Source: Acidobacteriota bacterium (lineage in GTDB: Bacteria > Actinomycetota > Thermoleophilia > Miltoncostaeales > Miltoncostaeaceae). From it: DNA of 39,730 nucleotides. Positions within the stretch are counted from its first letter, which is position 1, and every line of letters starts with the position of its first letter. The translations under genes and the position numbers were made by a program. Shown here one piece after another: positions 8,911 through 16,580 of the stretch. The notes below the pieces were generated by a model. The model did not search any database and was not told the DNA's origin. It saw nothing but the letters and a program-made list of their open reading frames with translations. The stretch is taken from positions 1-39,730 of the forward strand of contig JAGWYY010000001.1 in assembly GCA_018969105.1 (NCBI GenBank), given 5' to 3'.

Positions 8911-9777
8911 GTGACCACCCTCGAGCCCGGGCGCCCCGTGGAGGGCGTGTTCGCCGTCCGCCGCAAGGAGCGGCGCATGAGTCGCAAGGGCTCGCCCTAC
9001 CTGGCGCTCACGCTGGGCGACGCCACGGGCACCATCTCGGCGGTCATCTTCGACGAGCCCGACTGGTTCGCGGGGCAGTTCGAGGAGGGCGACCGCGTGA
9101 GGGTCACCGGCGAGGTCACCGACCGGGGCGGGCGCTCGGTGCTTCGCGTGCGATCGCTGCGCCCGGCCGAGGCGGCCGACGCCGAGGTCGACCTGCTGCC
9201 GAGGAGCCACCGCGACCCCGAGGACATGTGGGGCTACGTGCTGGGCCTGGCCGATGAGGTGCACGATCCCGCCCTGCGGTCGCTTCTCGACCGCATGACG
9301 GGCGACGTCGTGCTGGCCGATGCCTGGCGCACCGTGCCCTGCACGCGATCGGGCCACCACGCCTATCTGGGCGGCCTCGTGGAGCACACCGTGGGCGTGG
9401 CCATGCTCTGCCAGAGCCTCTGCACCTGGCACCCGCGGCTCGACAGCGATCTCCTGGTGACCGCCGCGCTGCTGCACGATGTGGGCCACACCCGCAACTG
9501 GGAGGTGCGCCCCGCCACCGTGGAGCAGACCGATGAGGGCAAGGCGCTCGGCCATCTGGCCATCGGCCTTCAGATGGTGGACCAGGCCGCCCGCGCATCG
9601 GGCGTGGACGACGAGCACCGCCTCGCCCTGCTGCACGCCATCGCCTGGCACCACGGCCCGCCGGCCGGCCAGCACGTGGGCCAGGCCTCCGCCGAGGCCA
9701 TCGCCCTCTGGCGCGCGAACTCCATGGAAGCCGGCGTGAAGGCCCGCATGGAGGGTGCGAGCGCCCTCGACGACTGA
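8911..9777 (+). CDS. OB-fold plus HD-domain nuclease, YhaM-like
   Basis: N-terminal OB-like segment (SPYLALTLGDATGTISAVIFDEP..RVRVTGEV). HD region GHHAYLGGLVEHTVGV..LLHDVGH. The GTG start lies 10 nt after the helicase stop. Confidence 0.8.
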   Translation: MTTLEPGRPVEGVFAVRRKERRMSRKGSPYLALTLGDATGTISAVIFDEPDWFAGQFEEGDRVRVTGEVTDRGGRSVLRVRSLRPAEAADAEVDLLPRSHRDPEDMWGYVLGLADEVHDPALRSLLDRMTGDVVLADAWRTVPCTRSGHHAYLGGLVEHTVGVAMLCQSLCTWHPRLDSDLLVTAALLHDVGHTRNWEVRPATVEQTDEGKALGHLAIGLQMVDQAARASGVDDEHRLALLHAIAWHHGPPAGQHVGQASAEAIALWRANSMEAGVKARMEGASALDD

Positions 9778-9795
9778 CCGGGGCCTCGGCCCGCC

Positions 9796-10503
9796 TCAGC
9801 TCCCGAGCACCAGCACCCCGACGGCGATGTTCCCGCTCACCGCGTCGACCACAACGGCGCAGTTGAGAACTGCCGTCACCGTGTGGGTGCCCGGTTGCAC
9901 GATCCCGCTGGTGATCCCATTGGTCTGGAACGAGGCCGGTTCGGTGGTGGTCCACCAGGGATATATGGCGATCGCGGATCCCGGGACGGCGGTGCCGTCC
10001 ACGTAGAGGGCGAGGGTGGGCCTGACGTTCGGGATACCACCGGTGCAGTCAGTGCTGCCCACCACGCCGCGAAGCGAGACCCAGAGCCGCCCCGCGGTGG
10101 TGGTGGTGACTTCCTCGTCGGCCGCTGTGGGCCCGAGTGGGGTCACAGCGGGCGTCGGGTTGAAGCGGTAGGCCTTCACATGGCCCTCGGTGGGGCCGAC
10201 TGCCCCCTGGCTGCCTGTCGCGCCGGCCGGCCCGGCAGGGCCCGCCGGACCCGCGGGACCCTGGGCGCCCACGCCGCCTTGGGCGATAACCCCCGGCGCG
10301 AGGTCGGCGGCTCGCACCGATCCGTCGGCGATCTGCGCCGAGCCCACTGCGCCCTTCGCGATCTTCTTCCCCGTCACGGCATCCGCGCGGATCTGCTTGC
10401 TGCCCACCGAGTTCGCGGGCAGGGATGTGACGGCGTAGGTGGTGCCGCCGAGAGCCACGATCAGGGCGATGGAGGAGATGACGAGGGATGGGGTGATCTT
10501 CAC
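9796..10503 (-). CDS. Membrane-anchored collagen-like repeat protein
   Basis: N-terminal TM helix (MKITPSLVISSIALIVALGG). Four decamer-like repeats (VGSKQIRADAV / TGKKIAKGAV / GSAQIADGSV / RAADLAPGVI). About ten G-X-Y triplets (GGVGAQGPAGPAGPAGPAGATGSQGAVGPT). A C-terminal domain of about 120 aa with two Cys. GAGG sits 7 nt upstream of the GTG start. Confidence 0.75.
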   Translation of the reverse strand: MKITPSLVISSIALIVALGGTTYAVTSLPANSVGSKQIRADAVTGKKIAKGAVGSAQIADGSVRAADLAPGVIAQGGVGAQGPAGPAGPAGPAGATGSQGAVGPTEGHVKAYRFNPTPAVTPLGPTAADEEVTTTTAGRLWVSLRGVVGSTDCTGGIPNVRPTLALYVDGTAVPGSAIAIYPWWTTTEPASFQTNGITSGIVQPGTHTVTAVLNCAVVVDAVSGNIAVGVLVLGS

Positions 10504-10627
10504 GGCACGCCTCAGGGGTAACTGGGGGTGATTGCGAGCCAGATGCTATCCGCGCCTCGGGCGAACGAGCGCACGGCCCGGTGCCCACTCATGCATGCAT
10601 GTGCGGGCTACCGCGTGACCGGGACGC

Positions 10628-11344
10628 CTAGTTGCCGCCCCCATTCAGCGGGTAGCGCAGCGTGCCCGTGCCGGGCATGAGGTCGCCCGTGCCCGATTCG
10701 TCCGCGCCTTCCCTCCCCGCCGCCGCCTGGAACGCGAAGTACGTGGGGTTCCCGATGAGCTCGCGAGGCAGGTCGACGTGGATCTCGCGTCCCGACACGC
10801 GCGATGTGAGCGTGCGCACTCCCGGCGCCCCGCCCACCCCGCCGTCGTCGCCGAAGCCGGGCTGCATGGCCCGGAACACGGCGCGGTTGTCCACGCCGTG
10901 CATGCCCAGCGCGTAGTCGAGTCCCGCCCAGCCGTTCGGCGTGGGCGCGCTGCCGATGGGGGGCACGTCGATTCCGAAGAGCAGCATGTCCGTCCAGCCC
11001 TGCTTGGTGTTCGTGGACAGCGGCGGCGCCCCCGCGAAGCGGAAGACCAGGCGAACCGTGGTGGCATCGCTGGAGATGCGGACGGCGGTGAGATCCGGCT
11101 GGCCGGGCGTGACGTCGCCACGGGGATCGGCGTAGGTGCGCCCGGACCGCTCCGGCGCGGGTTCCGCTGCCACGCTCGTGGCGCCCGTTGATCTCGGGGC
11201 CGCCGTGCCCTGGCCGGTCGCCGTTCCACTCGCCGCGGTGTCGCCGCAGGCGGTGACGATCAGGGCGAGGCCCGGCGTGAGTGCGGCCAGCAGCACCATC
11301 CCCGTCACGCCATGCGCGCGCCCCCCTGCCCGGTGCCACCTCAT
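10628..11344 (-). CDS. Lipoprotein of unknown function
   Basis: Basic n-region, hydrophobic core and lipobox LALIVTAC|GD. The remainder has normal, non-antisense-like composition. Confidence 0.7.
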   Translation of the reverse strand: MRWHRAGGRAHGVTGMVLLAALTPGLALIVTACGDTAASGTATGQGTAAPRSTGATSVAAEPAPERSGRTYADPRGDVTPGQPDLTAVRISSDATTVRLVFRFAGAPPLSTNTKQGWTDMLLFGIDVPPIGSAPTPNGWAGLDYALGMHGVDNRAVFRAMQPGFGDDGGVGGAPGVRTLTSRVSGREIHVDLPRELIGNPTYFAFQAAAGREGADESGTGDLMPGTGTLRYPLNGGGN

Positions 11345-11414
11345 GATCCGAACCTACCCCCGGGGCGGGTCCCCTGCCGCACCCCGGTCCGCCCGGGATG
11401 GCGATTCCGGCGGA

Positions 11415-12494
11415 TCAGACGTTGAAGCGGATCTGCATGACGTCGCCTTCCTGCACGACGTAGTCCTTGCCCTCCATGCGGGCCAGGGCCACCTCGCGCG
11501 CCTTGGCGAACGAGCCGCACTCCACGAGCTTGTCCCAGGGGACGACCTCGGCGCGGATGAAGCCGCGCTCCATGTCCGAGTGGATCTTGCCGGCGGCCTT
11601 GTCTGCAGGGGTGCCGCGGGGGATGGGCCAGGCACGCGCCTCAGGCGGGCCCGAGCCGGTGAAGAACGTGATGAGGTCGAGCAGGCGGTAGCCGGCGGCG
11701 ATCACGGCGTCTGCCCCGCGGGTGGTGCCCAGGCCCATCTCCTCGGCGAACTCCGCGGCCTCGGCGGGGTCCATCTCGGCGAGCTCCAGCTCCACGCCCA
11801 CGGGCAGCGCAAGCGCCTGCGCGCCCTGCTCGGCGGCGTAGGCCGCCACGTCGGCGGGAGGGTCGCCGGGGTCGTCGGTGTTCACCAGGTAGAGCACCGG
11901 CTTGGCGGTGAGCAGTCCCATGCCCTGGGCCACCGCGATGGCGTCGGCGTCGTCCATGGTGCGCACGGGCAGGCCGGCCTCGAGCTGGGCCGTGATGGCC
12001 TCGAGCGCCGCGGCCTCGGCCTTGGCGTCGGCGTCGCCGGCGCGCACGCCCTTCTGCACCTTCTCCATGCGCCGCTCCACCTGGCCGGCGTCGGCGAGGA
12101 TCAGCTCGTCGTCCACCGCCTTGGCGTCGGCCAGCGGGTCGACCTCGCGCTCGAGCGGGTGCGGCACCTCGGCGTTGGCGAAGCCCCGCAGCACGTGCAC
12201 CGTGGCCTCGAGCTCGCGGATGCGACCCAGCGCTGCGCCGCCCAGCCCCTCGCCCTGCCCGGCGCCCTCGCTGAGGCCGGCGATGTCCACCACCTCCACC
12301 TGCGCCTGCACGCGGTTGGGGATGTCCTGCACGTCGGCGATGGCGTCGATGCGCGGGTCGGGCACGCCGGCCACGCCCACGTTGGGCTCGCGGGTGGTGA
12401 AGGGGTAGGGCGCCACCTCCGCGCTCCCACCGGTCACCAGGTTGAAGAGGGCGGTCTTGCCGGAGTTGGTGAGGCCTACGAGCCCGAGTTGCAG
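11415..12494 (-). CDS. ychF: Ribosome-binding ATPase YchF (Obg-like), probable CTG start
   Basis: GLVGLTNSGKTALFN (G1), FTTREPNVG, VDIAGL, and a C-terminal TGS-like end KDYVVQEGDVMQIRFNV. The track ORF (GTG 12437) starts after the P-loop, and the only start-like codon upstream is CTG 12494-12492. Confidence 0.88.
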   Translation of the reverse strand: MQLGLVGLTNSGKTALFNLVTGGSAEVAPYPFTTREPNVGVAGVPDPRIDAIADVQDIPNRVQAQVEVVDIAGLSEGAGQGEGLGGAALGRIRELEATVHVLRGFANAEVPHPLEREVDPLADAKAVDDELILADAGQVERRMEKVQKGVRAGDADAKAEAAALEAITAQLEAGLPVRTMDDADAIAVAQGMGLLTAKPVLYLVNTDDPGDPPADVAAYAAEQGAQALALPVGVELELAEMDPAEAAEFAEEMGLGTTRGADAVIAAGYRLLDLITFFTGSGPPEARAWPIPRGTPADKAAGKIHSDMERGFIRAEVVPWDKLVECGSFAKAREVALARMEGKDYVVQEGDVMQIRFNV

Positions 12495-12495
12495 A

Positions 12496-12714
12496 TCAGG
12501 CCCCGCCGAACCCGATGCGGCCGTTGGCGTCGCCCGGCAGCACCCGCATGTACGTCACCTTGCCGAGGTCGATGGCGTTCTCGCCCTCGTCGGACGCAAC
12601 CTCGTGGAACCCATCGCCACCAAGCGCGCCCCTGAGGGCGGGGACGGCGTCATCCTCCACGGTGAGGAGGAGCACGCCCCCGCCCTCGAGGCCCAGCTCG
12701 ATGCGTCGGCTCAC
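12496..12714 (-). CDS. Small conserved protein, DUF3107-like (72 aa)
   Basis: Hidden in the tail of the spurious 428-aa ORF. GTG 12714-12712 overlaps the radical-SAM stop as GTGA. The sequence is VSRRIELGLEGGGVLLLTVEDDAVPALRGAL..VASDEGENAIDLGKVTYMRVLPGDANGRIGFGGA. It fits my recollection of the DUF3107 pattern (I.(I/L)G..., D..G, (I/V).Y(V/M).(I/V), R.GFG). Confidence 0.55.
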   Translation of the reverse strand: MSRRIELGLEGGGVLLLTVEDDAVPALRGALGGDGFHEVASDEGENAIDLGKVTYMRVLPGDANGRIGFGGA

Positions 12715-14351
12715 GAGAGCACCTTGAGCGAGTCGGACTCCTGGCCCTGCGGCTCGGACTCCGCGGGCGGGGTCCACGCCGGCAGGCGGCGGATCTCGTC
12801 GAGGTGCACCATCGACTCGGGCTGGTCCGTGAACTTCAGCAGCTGCTTGCGGCCGTAGGCACGGAAGATCGCCACGCCGAGGGTCTCGTAGATCGTGCGC
12901 ATGCCGCGACGCGAGATGGTGGTGCGGATGAGCTTGAAGCTCTCCGACGGGCGGTTGGTGAGCCAGAGGCGGATCGCCTTGGGCAGGTTCTTCATGAACT
13001 TCACCTCGGTGAGGAGGCGCAGGAACTGCCACAGGTTGGCGCGGATCTCCTTCTTGCCGAGCTCCCACGGCGTCTTCTTGGAGTAGAAGCGCAGCATGTT
13101 CTTCCAGGTCTCCATCTGGAGCTGGTAGGGCGTCATGAGCTTCGGCTGGATGATGCAGTGGTGCCCGTCGTACAGCGAGTAGTCGTCGGTGAGCACCCGG
13201 CCCTCGGCGCGCATCTGGGCGTCGAACGCCGTGCCCGGCAGCGTGGTGAGCATCATCATCTGCAGGGTGTCGACACCGTGCTCGATGGCGAAGTCCACCG
13301 TGGCGCGCACGGTCTCGGGCGTGTCGGTGTCGGCGCCCACCACGAACATCCCGTGCACGCGGATGCCGTAGTCGTGGAGCAGCTTGATCGAGGTGGTGAT
13401 GTGCTCGACGGTCTGCTTCTTGTTGTAGGCGTCGAGGCCCTCCTGCGTGATGCTCTCGAAGCCGATGTACACCATGTAGCAACCGGAGTCGCGCATGAGC
13501 GACAGCAGCTCGTGGTCGGGTTCGAGGGTCTGCTTGCTCTTGTAGATGGAGTCGGCGCGGATCTGCGCGGTCCACTGCGGCGTGATGCCCTCGTCGATCA
13601 TCGCGCGGAAGAGCGACTTCGCCTGCTTCTTGTCGACGATGAAGATGTCGTCGTAGAAGAAGACGCGCTCGGGGTTGACCCCGCGCAGCTCGTCCATCAT
13701 GTTCTCGACCGAGCGCGTGCGCAGCTTGCGGCCGAACATCTTGATGACGCTGCAGAATGAGCAGTCGTAGGGGCAGCCCCACTTCATCATGATCGGGTGC
13801 GTGACCATGCGCTCGTGGCCCTCGAGCAGGTCGAGCGCGGGGAAGGGCAGGTTGTCGAGATCCTCGCCCGACGCCATCGGCGCCTCGGGGTTGTCCACCT
13901 GCTGGCCGTTCTCGATGAACGACAGCCCCATGATCTCGTGCAGGCCCGCGGGGTCGCGGTCACCGCGGAACCACTCCATGAACTGCGCGAAGCCCACGTG
14001 GCCCTCGCGACGGATCACGTAGTCGGCGTGCTGCAGGGCCTCGTGCGACATGAAGGTGACGTGCGAGCCGCCGAAGAGCACGGGGATGCCCGCGGCGCGG
14101 CAGCGGTCGGCGTAGCGGTAGCCCTCGAGCGTGGTGTTGGTGGTGGTGGAGATGCACACCAGGTCGGCGGTGAGCACGTCGTCCCAGTCCACCTCGACGC
14201 CGCGGATGAGCTCGCAGTAGATGTGCTGGTCCACGTCGTCGTACGTGTTGCGGGCGATCGCGGCGAGCAGGGGCAGGCCCAGCTTGGGGAGGTTGGCGAT
14301 CTCGTAGATCGTGGCCCCCCGGGGCTTCGGCTCGATGTATCGGATCTTCAC
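12711..14351 (-). CDS. B12-binding-domain radical SAM enzyme (class B), function unknown
   Basis: CX3CX2C motif GCPYDCSFC. N-terminal cobalamin-binding-like fold (DLVCISTTT..GIPVLFGGSHVT). GGAGG sits 8 nt upstream of GTG 14351. A C-terminal extension of roughly 120 aa is basic and amphipathic. Confidence 0.9.
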   Translation of the reverse strand: MKIRYIEPKPRGATIYEIANLPKLGLPLLAAIARNTYDDVDQHIYCELIRGVEVDWDDVLTADLVCISTTTNTTLEGYRYADRCRAAGIPVLFGGSHVTFMSHEALQHADYVIRREGHVGFAQFMEWFRGDRDPAGLHEIMGLSFIENGQQVDNPEAPMASGEDLDNLPFPALDLLEGHERMVTHPIMMKWGCPYDCSFCSVIKMFGRKLRTRSVENMMDELRGVNPERVFFYDDIFIVDKKQAKSLFRAMIDEGITPQWTAQIRADSIYKSKQTLEPDHELLSLMRDSGCYMVYIGFESITQEGLDAYNKKQTVEHITTSIKLLHDYGIRVHGMFVVGADTDTPETVRATVDFAIEHGVDTLQMMMLTTLPGTAFDAQMRAEGRVLTDDYSLYDGHHCIIQPKLMTPYQLQMETWKNMLRFYSKKTPWELGKKEIRANLWQFLRLLTEVKFMKNLPKAIRLWLTNRPSESFKLIRTTISRRGMRTIYETLGVAIFRAYGRKQLLKFTDQPESMVHLDEIRRLPAWTPPAESEPQGQESDSLKVLS

Positions 14352-14383
14352 GCGTCAGGCCTCCGGCGTGGTTGGTGCAGCAG

Positions 14384-14788
14384 TCAATGGTCTTCGACGA
14401 GTTCGGTGAGTACCCCGCCCGTCGACCGGGGATGCAGGAAGGCCACCATGTGGCCGCCCAGCCCGCGCCGAGGCACGGTGTCAATCAATTCGACGCCCCC
14501 ATCGGCGAGTTCACGCAGCGTGGACTCCAGATGGGGAACGGCGAATGCCACATGATGCATGCCCGGGCCCTTCTTGGCTAGGAACCGGGCAACACCCGTG
14601 TCCTCCGTCACGGGGGCGATGAGCTCCACGTACGAGGGTCCCGACCCCAGCATCACGGCCTCCACGCCCTGCTCGGGCATCACCTCGCGCACGCCCACCT
14701 CCATGCCGAGCACGTCCCGGTAGGCCGGGATCTCCGCGTCGAGGTCGGCGACCACATAGCCCACGTGGTGGATGAGGCCGAGCTGCAT
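14384..14788 (-). CDS. Methylmalonyl-CoA epimerase-like VOC/glyoxalase-fold protein
   Basis: Real part of the chimeric ORF 14384..15364, starting at ATG 14788. Reads MQLGLIHHVGYVVADLD..YVELIAP..GPGMHHVAFAV..GGHMVAFLHP..GVLTELVE. Confidence 0.8.
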   Translation of the reverse strand: MQLGLIHHVGYVVADLDAEIPAYRDVLGMEVGVREVMPEQGVEAVMLGSGPSYVELIAPVTEDTGVARFLAKKGPGMHHVAFAVPHLESTLRELADGGVELIDTVPRRGLGGHMVAFLHPRSTGGVLTELVEDH

Positions 14789-14808
14789 CCCCCGGCAGGG
14801 TACTGGAG

Positions 14809-15915
14809 TCAGCGGACCGCCAAATCGACGGGGTCGAGCCGCGGGTTGGGCATCTCGGCACGGCCCACCTTGGCGCAGGGGCGGCCGTCCACGCGCACCA
14901 CGTCGGCGGTGAAGTCGTTGCTGCCGAGCAGCAGGCTCGATCCCACGCCGTAGGCGTCCACGGGCACGCCGGCGCGCTCGAACGCGTCGATCTTCTCGGC
15001 GTCGAAGCCGCCGGAGGCCACGATGCGCACCTTGCCGTGGCCCGCGTGGTCGAGCGCCTCGCGCACCTTCCGCACCAGCTCGGGGCCCACGCCCGTGGGG
15101 TCGAACCGGCCCATCTCCTGCCACAGGCTTCGATCGACCATGGTGCTCGAGGTGTCGAGGCGCACCCCCCAGAGGTCGTCGCCCAGGGCGTCGGCCACCT
15201 CGAGGGCCGTGCGCACCGAGTCGTTCTCGAAGTCCACGAGCACGATCACGTTGAGCTCGCCCGCGAACCGCTCCGCGAACTTCCGCGCGGCCAGCACGGT
15301 GTCGCCGCCGTAGGCCGCGATGAGGCCGTGGGGAACGGTGCCCATGCCGCGGCCGCCCCACCACGACGCCTGGGCGTCGGTGCTCACGCCGATCGCGCCG
15401 GCCACGTGGGCGGCCCAGCCGTCGCCGGTCTGCACCTGCCAGTGGTCGAACCGCGCGGGGAAGTACAGGATCGGCTTGCCGCGCGCGGCCTCCACCACGG
15501 CGCGCACGTTGCGGCTGATCAGCGTGCGCCGCCCGAGCGCGCCGAGCACGAGCGTCTCGAGATGGGCGAACAGCGAGTAGTCGCCCTCGATCGAGAGCAC
15601 GGTCTCCCAGGGGGCGATCTCATCGCCGTCGTGCAGTGCCATGGCCGTGATGTCGCCGCTGCCGTCCACCCACTCGCCGTCCACGCGGCGGCCGGAGCAC
15701 AGCGCGAGGATCGCCAGCGCCTCGTCCACGCCGCCCAGCACGGCCTGCTCGCGCTGGAACACCTGCATCAGCACGCGCGGATGGTGGCCATCGCTCTCGA
15801 GCACCTCGCGCGTGAACGTGAAGTAGGCGTCGCTGTAGTAGCCGTCGCGCATGCGGTCCACCGGCAGCTGGAAGGTGGACGGCGCCAGGCGCGTGCGGCG
15901 GGCCGTGCTGGTCAT
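14809..15915 (-). CDS. Nicotinate phosphoribosyltransferase family protein
   Basis: DGYYSDAYFTFTREVL, GMGTVPHGLIAAYGG, VLVDFENDSV, WGVRLDTS, RIVASGGFD. These are type II PRTase-like motifs. Confidence 0.8.
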   Translation of the reverse strand: MTSTARRTRLAPSTFQLPVDRMRDGYYSDAYFTFTREVLESDGHHPRVLMQVFQREQAVLGGVDEALAILALCSGRRVDGEWVDGSGDITAMALHDGDEIAPWETVLSIEGDYSLFAHLETLVLGALGRRTLISRNVRAVVEAARGKPILYFPARFDHWQVQTGDGWAAHVAGAIGVSTDAQASWWGGRGMGTVPHGLIAAYGGDTVLAARKFAERFAGELNVIVLVDFENDSVRTALEVADALGDDLWGVRLDTSSTMVDRSLWQEMGRFDPTGVGPELVRKVREALDHAGHGKVRIVASGGFDAEKIDAFERAGVPVDAYGVGSSLLLGSNDFTADVVRVDGRPCAKVGRAEMPNPRLDPVDLAVR

Positions 15916-16580
15916 CGGCCCGGAGCGTCGTCGGGGCCGTCGGGCGGCAGCTCAGCCGGTCGCGAGGCCCACACCATGCCCACGCCCACGAGCGCCAGGG
16001 CGCCGAGGGCGATGCCGATGATCGCCGCCCACAGCGTTCCACTGCCACCGCCACCGCTGCCGCCACCGGTGTCGGCGGGCTCGGCCGAGATCACCACGGC
16101 TGCCGCGGGGCCCGGCGTGCCGGGGCCGGTCTCCGGGGCCTCCTGGCCCTCGGCCTCGGGCGCGGCCGTCCACGCCTTCACCGTGCCGTTCGCGAGGCCC
16201 TGCTCCGACTTCCACACGCTGGTGCCCACCTCGAAGGGCGTGCCCAGCACCGTGAAGTCGGCGTACTGGTCGGGGGCGATCGTCCCGCCGGTCCACTCCA
16301 CGCCGCGCAGGCGGCCGTCGGGCCTGCGCAGGATCTGCGTGGTCCAGCCGGGGGCGTCGGCCACGGCGTACACCGTCACCTGCGGCGGGAACGTCACGCG
16401 CACCCGGTTGGTGGCCACGGCGCCCTCGGTCGGCACGCGGATCGTGAACTCGGTCGACTCCCTCAGCACCGCCGTGCCGGGGCTCACGCCGATGTGCGCC
16501 TGCGCCGTGCCGGCGGCCGCGAGTGCCAGCGCCAGGGCGCCGCCGATCGTGGCGGCGCGGCGTGCACGGCGCGGCATCAC
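15912..16580 (-). CDS. ycnI: YcnI-family (DUF1775) copper-binding protein with a C-terminal TM anchor
   Basis: Signal peptide ending AQA|HIGVSPG, giving an N-terminal His after cleavage. A Gly-rich linker and TM helix LWAAIIGIALGALALVGVGMVW follow. Four-nt overlaps with both neighbours. Confidence 0.8.
   Translation of the reverse strand: MMPRRARRAATIGGALALALAAAGTAQAHIGVSPGTAVLRESTEFTIRVPTEGAVATNRVRVTFPPQVTVYAVADAPGWTTQILRRPDGRLRGVEWTGGTIAPDQYADFTVLGTPFEVGTSVWKSEQGLANGTVKAWTAAPEAEGQEAPETGPGTPGPAAAVVISAEPADTGGGSGGGGSGTLWAAIIGIALGALALVGVGMVWASRPAELPPDGPDDAPGR

Noticed and set aside
5895-8987. 1030-aa ORF antisense to the helicase-nuclease gene. Similar long ORFs occur at 102..1340 (+), 3876..5363 (-), 15037..16671 (+), 17836..19323 (+), 19981..21372 (+), 21546..22802 (-), 28622..30169 (-) and 37184..39535 (+).
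   Set aside because: They have extreme Arg/Gly/His/Ala/Pro composition and no recognisable motifs. Each lies opposite a gene with clear family motifs. This is the expected open antisense frame of a GC3-rich genome.
5937-9777. Helicase-nuclease plus HD nuclease as an anti-phage defence module.
   Set aside because: There are no neighbouring mobile-element, methylase or other defence hallmarks. Composition matches the surrounding core genes. The motifs are those of housekeeping end-resection and RNA/DNA turnover enzymes.
10590-10601. CATGCATGCATG perfect palindrome between the lipoprotein gene and the collagen-like gene.
   Set aside because: It is short and present as a single copy. Flanking complementarity is imperfect and there is no U-tract. 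I could not tie it to a terminator or an operator.
12496-12714. The small ORF after the radical SAM gene as a RiPP precursor peptide.
   Set aside because: There is no Cys/Ser/Thr-rich core or leader-like organisation, and it lies downstream of the enzyme. The sequence fits my recollection of the conserved DUF3107 small-protein family (ending R.GFG). I treat it as a folded partner or unknown protein, not a substrate.
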